Shown one piece after another: positions 37,941 to 47,974 of a DNA stretch of 64,000 nt. Position 1 is the stretch's first letter; every line of letters starts with the position of its first letter. Source of the stretch: Candidatus Egerieimonas faecigallinarum. Lineage in GTDB: Bacteria; Bacillota; Clostridia; Lachnospirales; Lachnospiraceae. The position numbers were made by a program, and so were the translations under genes. The notes beneath the pieces were generated by a model. It made no database searches. It saw only the letters and a list, made by a program, of their open reading frames with translations, and was not told the DNA's origin. The stretch lies in the NCBI GenBank assembly GCA_018712615.1, contig DVGS01000171.1, positions 146-64,145 on the forward strand, read 5' to 3'.

Positions 37941-39263
37941 TCATCCGATTCCGCCGTATACAATTCCGAGGATAAACACCACAACTGCCAGCGGAACATA
38001 AATATATTTTGCCAGAGGGCCGAACCAGCCCGGCAGCGGCTTTTCTCTGCCCTCCTCGAGTTCTTTTCTGATCTCCTTAAAGCCCAGGATGTAGTAGATG
38101 GAAATTGCTCCCAGCAGCGCTCCGAACGGAACGATGATGATACTGATAAAATCCATCCAGCTTCCCACCTTCGGCTCCTCCTCCAGGAATAATCCCACAA
38201 GAAAGGCGATGGAGGCACAGAGCATAACCGCGGGCTTTCTGCCAAGCTTAAACTTCGTCTGCCAGGATTCGCTCACCGCCTCAAACATGTTGATGAGACT
38301 TGTGATGCCCGCAAACAGCACGGATATAAAGAAGAACACCGCGAACAGCCGTCCGAAGGGCATCTGACGGAAAATATCCGGCACCGTGATAAACAGCAGC
38401 GGCGGTCCCGACTGCGGATCTTTTCCAAACGCGAATACCGCCGGCATAATCGCAAGCGCGGACAGCATTGCCGCGATGGTGTCAAAGACTGCTGTCTGAA
38501 CAGACGATTTCAGAATATCTTCCTTCTTGCTCAGATACGTTCCGTAGATAATCATACCGGAACCTGTGATAGAGAGCGAAAAGAACGCCTGACCCATTGC
38601 CATAACCCAGGTATCCACATTTAACAGAGCCTCCCACTTGGGAACGAACAGGAACTTATATCCCTCCAGCGCACCCGGAAGAAATGCCACGCGCACCGCC
38701 ACAATGGCAAACAGCAGAAAGAACGCGGGCATCATAATCTTGTTTACTTTCTCAATCGCGTTGGTAGCTCCAAACATCAGAATAGCCGCCGCCAGCACAA
38801 TGACTGCCGCATGCCATCCCACACTTCCAAACTTGCCGCTCGCCTGGGCAAAATATTCCGCGGAATCCTGCGTCATCATGCTGCCGGAGGCTGCGCCCCA
38901 GATCGAGCGAAGCACCCAGCCCACTATAATGGAATAACCCACAGCAATTCCCAGAGAACCCAGCAGCGGAATCCAGCCGATCACACTGCCAATCTTTCCT
39001 TTGCCTACTTTGCTGAGACAGTACTTGTAGGCGCCGAGCGTCCCCGTTCCGGCTCTCCTGCCGATCGCAAACTCTGCGGACAGTCCTACTGTACCGAAGA
39101 TACACACAAAGATAAAGTACGGTATCAGAAACGCCGCGCCGCCGTACTGTCCGAGCCGGTATGGGAAGAGCCAGATATTTCCCATTCCCACCGCCGAACC
39201 GACGCATGCCAGAACAAACCCGAACCTGCTGCGGAAACCGCCGTTTACATGCTTATGTTCCAT
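37941..39263 (-). CDS. sodium-dependent transporter (NSS/SNF family)
   Basis: GFVLACVGSAVGMGNIWLFPY motif and ~11-12 TM helices. Start at ATG 39263 after AAGGAGAA. Confidence 0.85.
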   Translation of the reverse strand: MEHKHVNGGFRSRFGFVLACVGSAVGMGNIWLFPYRLGQYGGAAFLIPYFIFVCIFGTVGLSAEFAIGRRAGTGTLGAYKYCLSKVGKGKIGSVIGWIPLLGSLGIAVGYSIIVGWVLRSIWGAASGSMMTQDSAEYFAQASGKFGSVGWHAAVIVLAAAILMFGATNAIEKVNKIMMPAFFLLFAIVAVRVAFLPGALEGYKFLFVPKWEALLNVDTWVMAMGQAFFSLSITGSGMIIYGTYLSKKEDILKSSVQTAVFDTIAAMLSALAIMPAVFAFGKDPQSGPPLLFITVPDIFRQMPFGRLFAVFFFISVLFAGITSLINMFEAVSESWQTKFKLGRKPAVMLCASIAFLVGLFLEEEPKVGSWMDFISIIIVPFGALLGAISIYYILGFKEIRKELEEGREKPLPGWFGPLAKYIYVPLAVVVFILGIVYGGIG

Positions 39264-39411
39264 GATTTTTTTCTCCTTTTCCCTCATTTTTTACAGCATG
39301 CTTCCGCCTTCCCTTTAACGCCACGGCGCGTTAAACCGCAAAAGCATAGAATATCGCAAGTATATCACGCAAAGCAGGGGAAGTCCAGCCTTTCCGGCAA
39401 ATTTGCCTCTG

Positions 39412-40548
39412 TTATCCGAATCTCTTTTTCTCATTCTCCCGCGCAGTCACCACTCGGAGAAATTCCTCATACTCCTCCGGAGACGGCGGTATTGCCACGG
39501 GCTCCTTTTTGTACGCTGACAGATATGCAGCGTTCGTCAGAATCAGGCTGTTGATTCCCTGGGATCCCGGCACCAGAAGCGGCGCTCCGTCGAGGATCGC
39601 GCTGACAAAATTGGTGATCACCTTTTCATAGGCGTTCTCCGCTTTCTCAAGCGAAATCTCCTGCTGCCGAATCTTCAGTTCTTCCCTCGAATTCACCCGA
39701 ACGCGGCTGCCGTATTCCTCCATATCCTCATGGCTGAAGCAGATGAGGCGCTCTCCGTCCAGCATCAGTTTTCCTTTGGTTCCTGTAAGTTCCAGCCGAT
39801 TCACCGGCACTCCTTCGCCCGTAGTAAAGAAAAAGTCCCCGTGCATGCCGTTTTCATACTCCATCAGAAGATGCGCTTCATCCTCCACCAGAAAATCGTT
39901 GTACTTTCCGAAGGTGATCTTTGCATACACCTCTCCCGGCATTCCCACAAGCCACTGGAAAATGTCCAGCGGATGCTGTGCCTGGTTGATGAGCGCTCCT
40001 CCGCCCTCTCCCTCCCAGCTGCTTCTCCATGATCCGGATTTGTGATACCACGGTGTACGGTAATACTGTGAGCTCGCATACGAAGCCCGCACCAGCCTGC
40101 CGATCGTTCCCTGACTGAGCAGTTCCTTCAGCTTTCTGTAGCACGGAAATGTCCTCTGCTGGAAGATAATACCGTACTGTACGCCAGCTTCTTCAGCGGC
40201 GCGCTGCATCTGCAGCGCCTCCCCGATAGCTGCGCTGACAGGTTTTTCACACAGCACATGCTTTTTAAGCGCAAATGCTCTGAGTGCAGCTTCCCGGTGC
40301 GCTTTATGCGGCAGCGCGATCAGCACCGCGTCATAATCATCCGGCTCCGCGAACAGTTCCTCCATGCTGCGCGCCGTGCGGACTCCGGGAAGCTCCCGTT
40401 TTGCCCATTCATATGATGCCTCACTTCTCACACACACGGCGGCAAGTTCAGCCCGGGCGGCCTTGCCGCTGCTGAGCATTTCGGCGTATTTCCTGCCCAT
40501 GGCACCAGTTCCGACGAGAGCTATTCTCACACTGTTTTCTCCATTCAT
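39412..40548 (-). CDS. Gfo/Idh/MocA family oxidoreductase
   Basis: N-terminal Rossmann fold (IALVGTGAMGRKY) and the EKP motif (LCEKPV). Confidence 0.85.
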   Translation of the reverse strand: MNGENSVRIALVGTGAMGRKYAEMLSSGKAARAELAAVCVRSEASYEWAKRELPGVRTARSMEELFAEPDDYDAVLIALPHKAHREAALRAFALKKHVLCEKPVSAAIGEALQMQRAAEEAGVQYGIIFQQRTFPCYRKLKELLSQGTIGRLVRASYASSQYYRTPWYHKSGSWRSSWEGEGGGALINQAQHPLDIFQWLVGMPGEVYAKITFGKYNDFLVEDEAHLLMEYENGMHGDFFFTTGEGVPVNRLELTGTKGKLMLDGERLICFSHEDMEEYGSRVRVNSREELKIRQQEISLEKAENAYEKVITNFVSAILDGAPLLVPGSQGINSLILTNAAYLSAYKKEPVAIPPSPEEYEEFLRVVTARENEKKRFG

Positions 40549-40640
40549 CTTCCATTCCTCCTGTCAGCAAAATAATACCCTGTATCTCTCTACAGGGTAT
40601 CACGTTCCTCATATTGTGTCATCTCATAAATACTTTTGTA

Positions 40641-42137
40641 TCAGCCGGGCTGCTTCTCTCTTAGTACCATCGCCACCGCGTCCTGCCATCCGCGATACTT
40701 TTCTTCACGCTCCTTTGAAGACATCTTTGGTGTAAATTGTGTGCGCTGCGTGCGACCGAACAACTCACGCGCCCGGTAAACGCCCGCTCCGATACCCGCC
40801 GCGTACGCCGCTCCGATACCGGAGAGTTCCTCCTCCCGTGGCACCTGCACACGGCTGTCTAAAATATCGCTCTGGAACTGCATCAGCCACTGATTCCTGG
40901 TCGGTCCTCCGTCCACGCGCAGCTCCACCGCTCCAATGCCTGCCGCTTCCTTCATCAGCCTGACGATGTCCGCAATCTGGTACGCAATACTGGAGAGTCC
41001 CGCGCGCACCAGCTCCGCCCTGCCCGTAGTCCTGCTCATGCCGCAGAAGGCGGCCGACACATCGCTTCTCCAGTAAGGCGCCCCAAGGCCGGAAAATCCC
41101 GGAACCAGATACGTCTTATCCGCGGGATTCGCCTTTTCGGCAAGCACCTCGCTCTCCTTTGCGCTCTTTAAAATCCCCACATCGTCCTTCAGCCAGGTGA
41201 TCACCGCCCCGGTATAATTGATATTTCCCTCCAGAACATACTGCGTCTTTCCCCCGGTCTTCCACGCCAGGGAAGTCACTATGCCCAGATCGGAAAAAAT
41301 CGGTTTTTCTCCGATATTCATCATGATGGAGGATCCCGTGCCATAGGTCGTCTTCATCATTCCCCGCTCCAGACAGCCCTGACCGAACAGCGCGCCGTGG
41401 GAATCGCCCAAAACGCCGTGGATTGGTACGGGATCTGGAAATGTTCCCTCAAAGTCTGTCTCTCCAAATATCCCGTCAGAGTCTGTGAGCTGCGCCAGAC
41501 ACTCTGTGGGGATGCCGAAATACCCGCACAGCTTTTCATCCCACGCCAGCTCTGTAATATTAAAGAGCTGAGTTCTCGATGCATTGGAATAATCTGTGCG
41601 GAACTCTTTTCCTTTGGTCAGCCGGTACACCAGCCAGCTGTCCACAGTTCCGCAGCAGAGTTCTCCCTTTTGAGCCAGCGCCCGCACCCCTTCCACATTT
41701 TCCATAATCCATGCCAGCTTCGCAGCGGAAAAATACGGCGAGAGCTGCAGTCCCGTGCGCGCCTTTATATCCCCGGCAGCGCCCTGCTTCTCAAGTCTTC
41801 TGCAGATTTCTTCGCCTCTGGCGCACTGCCAGACCACGGCGTTATATACGGGCTTTCCCGTCTTTTTATTCCATGCCAGAGCAGTTTCTCTCTGATTGCT
41901 GATTCCCACACAGGCGACAGCAGCGCGGTCAATCCCGCTCTTTTCCAGCAATTCTCTGACCATTGCCAGAGTATTCCGGTAAATTTCTTCCGGATCGTGC
42001 TCCACCCAGCCGCGCTCGTCAATAAGCTGCGCGTGCGCTCTGTCCGTACGCAGCAGCAGCTTCCCTTCCCGGTCAAAGAGCAGCGCCTTCGTCCCCTGAG
42101 TACTCTGGTCAATTCCAATCACATACGTCTCTTTCAT
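40641..42137 (-). CDS. FGGY-family carbohydrate kinase (glycerol kinase-like)
   Basis: 498 aa with YVIGIDQSTQGTKALLFD, WVEHDPEEI, GISNQRET, and later GGPTRN. Confidence 0.85.
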   Translation of the reverse strand: MKETYVIGIDQSTQGTKALLFDREGKLLLRTDRAHAQLIDERGWVEHDPEEIYRNTLAMVRELLEKSGIDRAAVACVGISNQRETALAWNKKTGKPVYNAVVWQCARGEEICRRLEKQGAAGDIKARTGLQLSPYFSAAKLAWIMENVEGVRALAQKGELCCGTVDSWLVYRLTKGKEFRTDYSNASRTQLFNITELAWDEKLCGYFGIPTECLAQLTDSDGIFGETDFEGTFPDPVPIHGVLGDSHGALFGQGCLERGMMKTTYGTGSSIMMNIGEKPIFSDLGIVTSLAWKTGGKTQYVLEGNINYTGAVITWLKDDVGILKSAKESEVLAEKANPADKTYLVPGFSGLGAPYWRSDVSAAFCGMSRTTGRAELVRAGLSSIAYQIADIVRLMKEAAGIGAVELRVDGGPTRNQWLMQFQSDILDSRVQVPREEELSGIGAAYAAGIGAGVYRARELFGRTQRTQFTPKMSSKEREEKYRGWQDAVAMVLREKQPG

Positions 42138-43066
42138 CCTAATAACTCCATCGCTTTTTTCGCAATGCCCTCTGCGTTTAACCCGTAATAATCAAATACC
42201 TCTTTGGAGGTTCCCGTAATAACCGGAGCGTCCGGAAGCGCCAGATTCACGGTCTTCCTCGGGCAGTTTTCTCCCACCACCTGACTTACCATAGAACCCA
42301 GGCCGCCGAAAGGCGCGTGCTCCTCCACTGAAATCACCGCCTTTGCCGCAGATGCCGCGCGGATAATACTCTCCTTATCCAGCGGCTTCAGACAATACAT
42401 ATCCAGCACGGCTGCAGAAATCCCCTTCTCTTTTAAGATCTCCGCAGCTTCCCTTGCCGGGCGCACCATCTCCCCACAGGCAATAATCGCCACGTCTGTT
42501 CCCTCACACAGAACTGTTGCCCGATCCATCTCGAATGGGGTATCCTCTTCGCTGTAAATATCCTCCACCGGATTTCTTCCCACACGGATATAGGCAGGCT
42601 TGTCGTCCTTTACCAGAACTTCCATAAGCTTTTTTGTCTGATGGCGGTCACTGGGCACATACACGCGCATATTCGGGATTGCGCACATCGCGGCAAAATC
42701 CTGAGCAGAGTGATGGCTCATTCCCAGAGCCCCGTAGCTGATGCCGCCGCTAATCCCGATCAGCTTGACATTTGTATTGGAGTATGCCACATCCACCTTG
42801 GCCTGTTCATAGCTTCTCGTACTTAAAAAGCACGCCGGAGACGCAGCAAAGGGGCGTTTGCCCGCCCTGGCCATGCCCGCGGAAATACTCACCAGGTTCT
42901 GCTCCGCGATTCCCACCTCCACAAACTGTTCCGGATGCGCCCCGGCAAACGGCGCCAGGGAAGCGCTTCCCCTGGAATCACTGCACAGTACCACAATATT
43001 CTTATCACTCTCTGCCGCCTCGTTTAATACTTCGCAAATTGCCTGTCTGTTCGGAATCTTATTCAT
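42134..43066 (-). CDS. transketolase C-terminal subunit (second, paralogous copy)
   Basis: VEVGIAEQNLVSISAGMA and GISYGALGMSHHS motifs. Start at ATG 43066 overlaps the N-subunit stop by 8 nt. The track start at 43198 lies inside the upstream gene. Confidence 0.85.
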   Translation of the reverse strand: MNKIPNRQAICEVLNEAAESDKNIVVLCSDSRGSASLAPFAGAHPEQFVEVGIAEQNLVSISAGMARAGKRPFAASPACFLSTRSYEQAKVDVAYSNTNVKLIGISGGISYGALGMSHHSAQDFAAMCAIPNMRVYVPSDRHQTKKLMEVLVKDDKPAYIRVGRNPVEDIYSEEDTPFEMDRATVLCEGTDVAIIACGEMVRPAREAAEILKEKGISAAVLDMYCLKPLDKESIIRAASAAKAVISVEEHAPFGGLGSMVSQVVGENCPRKTVNLALPDAPVITGTSKEVFDYYGLNAEGIAKKAMELLG

Positions 43067-43889
43067 TGCGTGCCGCCTCCTCTCTCTCTTTGAGCTCCGC
43101 CGCAGCTTTCTCATACTGCTCTGCGTCCGGCACCTTGTGGTGCCATCCCGCCTGATTTTCCATAAAAGATACACCGCAGCCCTTTGTGGTATTGGCAATC
43201 ACTGCGGTTGGCTTTCCCTTTACGGTCTTCGCCTCCTCGTAAGCGCTGCACAGTGCGTCCACATCGTTTCCTTCCACTGAGATCACGTGCCAGCCAAACG
43301 CCGCGAAGCGCGCCGCCAGATCATCGTGATGCATGACATCCTCCGTACTTCCGGAAATCTGCAGCCGGTTTCTGTCCACAGTGGCGCACAGATTATCAAG
43401 CTTATAATGCGCTGCCGCCATAGCGCCTTCCCACACGGACCCTTCCGCCAGCTCGCCGTCTCCCATAACGGTATATACGCGGCTTGGCCTGCCGTCCATT
43501 TTGCACGCCTTGGCGATTCCCACACAGACCGGGAGACCGTGCCCCAGCGATCCGGAGTTCATTTCAATGCCCGGCAGCTTATTATTCGGATGGCCGATAA
43601 ACGGAGAGCCGAACCGGGAGAATGTCTCAATCACCTCCTCGATGGGAAAGAATCCTTTTGCCGCAAGCACAGAGTAATACGCCTCTACCGAATGGCCTTT
43701 GCTCATTACAAAATAATCTCTGTCCGGATCGTTCCGGTTCTCCGGACTGATATTCATTTCTCTCATATAAAGGCTGACCAGAATCTCCATGACGCTGAAG
43801 TCGCCCCCGATATGGCCGGTCTTGGCACGGTAAATCATATCCAGCACATTTTTACGCAGTGCAAATGCTTTCGCTTTTAAATTTTCCAT
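43059..43889 (-). CDS. transketolase N-terminal subunit (second copy)
   Basis: GHIGGDFSVMEI, MSKGHSVEAYY and GDGELAEGSVWEG motifs. Start at ATG 43889 after GGAGGTTA. Confidence 0.85.
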   Translation of the reverse strand: MENLKAKAFALRKNVLDMIYRAKTGHIGGDFSVMEILVSLYMREMNISPENRNDPDRDYFVMSKGHSVEAYYSVLAAKGFFPIEEVIETFSRFGSPFIGHPNNKLPGIEMNSGSLGHGLPVCVGIAKACKMDGRPSRVYTVMGDGELAEGSVWEGAMAAAHYKLDNLCATVDRNRLQISGSTEDVMHHDDLAARFAAFGWHVISVEGNDVDALCSAYEEAKTVKGKPTAVIANTTKGCGVSFMENQAGWHHKVPDAEQYEKAAAELKEREEAARNE

Positions 43890-43967
43890 CTCTAACCTCC
43901 ATGGCAAGACGGCTGTCCGCAGCTTATTTCCGCAGCGTCCGCTGACAGCCGCTTCTTTTGTTCCCGT

Positions 43968-45377
43968 TTATTTATTTACAGGATTGTAAATCGCGCTCTT
44001 TACCTCTTCTTCAATCGGATCGTATAAGTCCGGTGTCACGCCGATATATTTGCACGCCTCGTACAGAACCGGAACCACATCCTTATGAATTCCTACGCAG
44101 TGATGGATATACGGTCCGCAGACGATCTTATTTTCCAGGCGTTTCAGGTTCTCGACCTCCACCCATACGTAGGTTCCCTTCGTATAAGGACCGTCCACTC
44201 CCTTCGCATGGCCCAGAAGCAGAGAGTATTCCCCATTGTCTCCGTCAAATCGGCAGAGCGTCATGTCCCCTTGCTTCGCCTCAGCTTCCACTGCGCCCGG
44301 ATGGTCAAAGGCAAGCGGATAACCGATTGTGGGCTTTTCCTTTGCGACGGAAATCGGCCACGGTCCGCAGTGCTGCAGCAGTTCACCGTTCTCGTTGTCC
44401 GGATGGCGCACGGTCCAGTCCGCAAAGAACGTTCTCGCCTCGTCCATGCCGGCAGCTTCCGCCATCACCGCGGTGATAGCTCCGTGAATATCCGTCTCGC
44501 ATACCACCGGGATGCCCTCCTCGTTCAGCAGTGAGTTTGCCGCGCACGGCATAATGCCGATCTCACCCTGCAGGGCGTTCCAACACTGGATCGCGATCGC
44601 ATTGCAGCCATATTTTTCTGCCAGTCTCTTCATGGCAACTTTGAGCGCCGCCACATTCTCCAGCTCTTCGTCCTTTATCTGAATACACATGCTGCTGCGG
44701 CAGTAATTTATCACTTCAGCGACATCCGCGCCTTCCTCCTTCGCCTTTTTCATCTCAGCGGTCAGCTCCGGAATCGGCACCGGAGATAACTGAATATTAA
44801 ACTTCTCCAGAAGCTCTCCTTCATTGCACATGGTGGACCAGAAATCAAAGGGACGCGGACCGATCTGAAGGATTCGCGTATGGCGGAATACCTTCACCAC
44901 ATTGCAGACTGCAAGGAAATTGCGGATTCCGTTCTCGAATTCCGGATCTGTCAGGCGGCAGTTTGTCAGATAAGTAAAAGGTACGCGGAACCGGCGCAGC
45001 ACTTTGCCTGTCGCAAACAGCCCGCACTGGCTGTCCCTTAACCGGATTCCGTTCTCATCCGGGCGCTCATCTCTCGGACCCCAGAGCAGCACCGGGAGGT
45101 TTAAAGTCTTTGCAAGCCTTGCACAGACGTATTCTGTGCCGAAATTGCAGTGAGGCAGGAACAGTCCGTCCACGCCCGCCTCCCGGAACTTCTTCACGAT
45201 TTTCGGAAGATCGGCGTCGTCATACAGCAGCCCCTCCTCATTGATATCGTCTATGTCCACAAATTCCACATTCAGCTCCCTCAGTCTCTCTTTTGTCAGC
45301 CCCGCATACTTCAGAGCGTCCGGAGCGCTGAAAATACTTCTTCTGGTAGGTGCGAACCCAAGCTTGATTGTCGCCAT
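43968..45377 (-). CDS. L-fucose/L-arabinose isomerase family protein
   Basis: ~470 aa. The N-terminus ATIKLGFAPTRRSIF and overall length fit the FucI/AraA-like superfamily; this is a moderate-confidence family call. Start at ATG 45377, 9 nt after GAGAGG. Confidence 0.65.
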   Translation of the reverse strand: MATIKLGFAPTRRSIFSAPDALKYAGLTKERLRELNVEFVDIDDINEEGLLYDDADLPKIVKKFREAGVDGLFLPHCNFGTEYVCARLAKTLNLPVLLWGPRDERPDENGIRLRDSQCGLFATGKVLRRFRVPFTYLTNCRLTDPEFENGIRNFLAVCNVVKVFRHTRILQIGPRPFDFWSTMCNEGELLEKFNIQLSPVPIPELTAEMKKAKEEGADVAEVINYCRSSMCIQIKDEELENVAALKVAMKRLAEKYGCNAIAIQCWNALQGEIGIMPCAANSLLNEEGIPVVCETDIHGAITAVMAEAAGMDEARTFFADWTVRHPDNENGELLQHCGPWPISVAKEKPTIGYPLAFDHPGAVEAEAKQGDMTLCRFDGDNGEYSLLLGHAKGVDGPYTKGTYVWVEVENLKRLENKIVCGPYIHHCVGIHKDVVPVLYEACKYIGVTPDLYDPIEEEVKSAIYNPVNK

Positions 45378-45452
45378 ATTCTTCATCCTCTCTTTCCGTT
45401 TTGCATTGATCTTTACTTAATTATTTTGAATTTCTTCAATCTTATTAAGCAA

Positions 45453-45481
45453 ATTATACTTAATTATTTCTGAATTGTCAA
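45453..45481 (-). promoter_or_regulatory. consensus sigma-A promoter of the isomerase-transketolase-kinase operon
   Basis: Minus strand reads TTGACA (45476-45481), a 17-nt spacer, then TATAAT (45453-45458). Confidence 0.75.
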
Positions 45482-45627
45482 CTTAATATCGTTGAATTTT
45501 CACTGAACCCCAATTAAACTTCTATTGACAGGCACAGGAAAATCAGGTAGGATAAAGTCAGAGGCAGCCGTGAGACTCTGATTTCCGGCGTGGATCGTAA
45601 TAATTTCTGAACGTGGGAGGTTATCAA

Positions 45628-46641
45628 ATGTCAATTTCAGCAAAAGAACTGGCACAGAAGCTGAATCTGTCCGCCGCCACAGTCTCCATGGTTCTGAACC
45701 GGAAACCGGGCATCAGTGAGAAGACGCGGAACATGGTTCTCTCTGCCGCCAGGGAATATGGTTATGATTTTTCAAGAAAAGGTGATCCGGACGCGCCCAG
45801 GGGAGTGATCCAGCTTGTGATCTATAAAAAGCACGGCGCCGTCGTGGCGGATACTCATTTTTTTGCCCAGCTCACAGAAGGGATTGATCACGGCTGCAAG
45901 GAGGCCGGATTTGAACTTCAGATTTCTTATTTTTACGCGAATCAGGATATCGATGCCCAGGTCCGGGCGCTTGCGGACAAGACGTTTCATGGGCTTCTGT
46001 TGGTGGGAACAGAGCTGGAGAAAGAATATTTTCACTATTTTTCCGGCCTGAAGATGCCGCTTGTTGTGCTGGACACTTATTTCGAAGAGCTGGACTGCGA
46101 TTCTGTCCTCATCAATAATGTACAGGGGGCCTATCTGGCAACAAATTATCTGATTGACAGCGGCCATGAGAAGGTGGGCTATCTGCGCTCCTCCTATCCT
46201 ATCGGCAACTTCTCCGAGCGCGCAGACGGATATTATAAGGCGCTGCGCCACCACAAGCTGCCGACGGACCATCCGTACGTCCACAGGCTGACGCCCTCCA
46301 TCGAGGGTGCTTACCAGGATATGCTGCGCCTTCTGAAGGAGGAGCATATTGAGACCGCGCAGGCATATTTTGCGGACAATGACCTGATCGCAGCCGGCGC
46401 GATGCGGGCGCTCAAGGAATGCGGCTTCAGCATCCCTGACGATGTCTCTCTCATCGGTTTTGACGATATGCCGATGTGTGACTTTCTTGAGCCGGCGCTC
46501 ACAACCATGGAGGTTCCGAAACAGTATCTCGGCAGACTCGCCGTGGAACGGCTCGTGCACCGGATCTCCCGGACTGCAGAGGCACCGATCAAAATTGAGG
46601 TGTCCACGCGCCTGCATGAGCGAATGAGCGTGAAGCGCTGA
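45628..46641 (+). CDS. LacI family transcriptional regulator
   Basis: HTH (ISAKELAQKLNLSAATVSMVLN). ATG 45628 is preceded by GGGAGG. The track start at 45613 is a GTG inside the SD. Divergent from the sugar operon. Confidence 0.85.
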   Translation: MSISAKELAQKLNLSAATVSMVLNRKPGISEKTRNMVLSAAREYGYDFSRKGDPDAPRGVIQLVIYKKHGAVVADTHFFAQLTEGIDHGCKEAGFELQISYFYANQDIDAQVRALADKTFHGLLLVGTELEKEYFHYFSGLKMPLVVLDTYFEELDCDSVLINNVQGAYLATNYLIDSGHEKVGYLRSSYPIGNFSERADGYYKALRHHKLPTDHPYVHRLTPSIEGAYQDMLRLLKEEHIETAQAYFADNDLIAAGAMRALKECGFSIPDDVSLIGFDDMPMCDFLEPALTTMEVPKQYLGRLAVERLVHRISRTAEAPIKIEVSTRLHERMSVKR

Positions 46642-46645
46642 CAGA

Positions 46646-46689
46646 GAAAGCCCCCGGACAACTCGCGTCCGGGGGCTTTCTCCGTTTTT
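46646..46689 (+). terminator. intrinsic terminator (hairpin shared with the convergent gene)
   Basis: GAAAGCCCCCGGAC-7 nt-GTCCGGGGGCTTTC followed by tccgTTTTT. Confidence 0.8.
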
Positions 46690-46697
46690 ATATTTCA

Positions 46698-47861
46698 TTA
46701 TTCAGCAGTCTCTTCACTGCTTTCCTCTGTCTGTGTATCTTCTGCGCTGTCCGCAGTCTCCTCTGTCTCAGCAGTTGCCTCTTTCTCAGTGATTACCGCG
46801 TTCTCCATGATCAGATCCAGCACTCTGTCCATCATGATCTGCTCTTCGACAGCATCCTCGCCATACTGCTCAATGAATTCTTCCTCGCTTACCTGCTGCT
46901 GCTCAGCATACTCAGCCAGACGGTTCTTATAATCCTCGTCATCCACAGTATAGCCTTCCGCCTTCACAATCGCCTGCAGCACAAGCCTTGCGGAAGTCAT
47001 GCTCTTTCCGTACTCTTCCTTCTGAGCCTCGTATTCCTCCTCGCTCATTCCGACCTGCTCAATATAATCCGCGACCTCCATGCCGAACATCTGCGCATAC
47101 ATTTCGACCTGCTGCTCATACGCATCCTTGCCTTCATTCACCATGGACTCCGGATATTCTGAGATCTCGCTTCCTTCCACAACCTGGCTCCACGCGTCTA
47201 CTCTCACCTGCTGATCCGCCTGCTCCTGATTCTGCTGCTCCAGCTCAGTGCGGATTCCCGCGCGGTATTCATCCACTGTCTGATACTCTCCATCGCTGTT
47301 TGCCTGTACCCAGGCATCCGTAAGCTCTCCTGCCGGACGCTTGATCGCATTCACGGTCACATGGAACACAACGTCAGCGCCCTGAAGGCTCTCCTCCGGA
47401 TAATCCTCCGGGAATGTCAGGTTCAGATCTCTGCTCTCGCCCTTCTTCACACCGATGAGTCCGTCCTCAAATCCGTCGATGAACATTCCGGATCCAAGCT
47501 CCAGATCTGTGTCCTGCGCTGTTCCGCCGTCAAACGCCACGCCGTCCTTCGTGCCCTCATAGTCGATATTCACGGTATCGCCTTCCTGCGCTACGGCATT
47601 CTCATCCGTCACTTCCACAGGATTTGACAGCTCAGAGTCGATCTCACTCTGTACAGCCTCATCTGTGACAGGCGTGATAACCTTGTCCACTGCGATGCCC
47701 TTATACTCTCCCAGCGTCACGATCTCATCCAGGTTATAGTCTTCCGCCGCAGTATCTTCTGTGGATTCGGTTTCTTCTGTCTTTGTATTTTCCTCGCCGC
47801 ACGCCGTCATGGATACACCCAGACACAGCACCAGCGCCAGCATTGCTAATTTTCTCTTCAT
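46698..47861 (-). CDS. lipoprotein homologous to the trigger factor PPIase and C-terminal domains
   Basis: Lipobox (LGVSMTACG). The FKBP segment GDTVNIDYEGTKDGVAFDGG...FIDGFEDGLIGVKKGESRDLNLTFPEDY is collinear with the E. coli Tig PPIase domain. The ribosome-binding N-domain is absent. Start at ATG 47861. Confidence 0.8.
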   Translation of the reverse strand: MKRKLAMLALVLCLGVSMTACGEENTKTEETESTEDTAAEDYNLDEIVTLGEYKGIAVDKVITPVTDEAVQSEIDSELSNPVEVTDENAVAQEGDTVNIDYEGTKDGVAFDGGTAQDTDLELGSGMFIDGFEDGLIGVKKGESRDLNLTFPEDYPEESLQGADVVFHVTVNAIKRPAGELTDAWVQANSDGEYQTVDEYRAGIRTELEQQNQEQADQQVRVDAWSQVVEGSEISEYPESMVNEGKDAYEQQVEMYAQMFGMEVADYIEQVGMSEEEYEAQKEEYGKSMTSARLVLQAIVKAEGYTVDDEDYKNRLAEYAEQQQVSEEEFIEQYGEDAVEEQIMMDRVLDLIMENAVITEKEATAETEETADSAEDTQTEESSEETAE

Positions 47862-47974
47862 AATTATATTCCTTTCTTTCAAAGCTTATCGCTTCTGGCA
47901 TCATATCACACTTTATGCGGAAAGAAAAGTCCCTCCCCGCAGATTTCATATTTTTATAAGATTCTGCCGCGTCC

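Noticed and set aside
37056-38192. 378-aa ORF on the + strand
   Set aside because: It spans three real minus-strand genes (YqeY, NuoE-like, NSS transporter) and their intergenic gaps. It is a shadow ORF.
45772-46698. 308-aa ORF on the - strand
   Set aside because: It is antisense to the LacI-family regulator gene, which has a clear HTH and an SD-preceded start.
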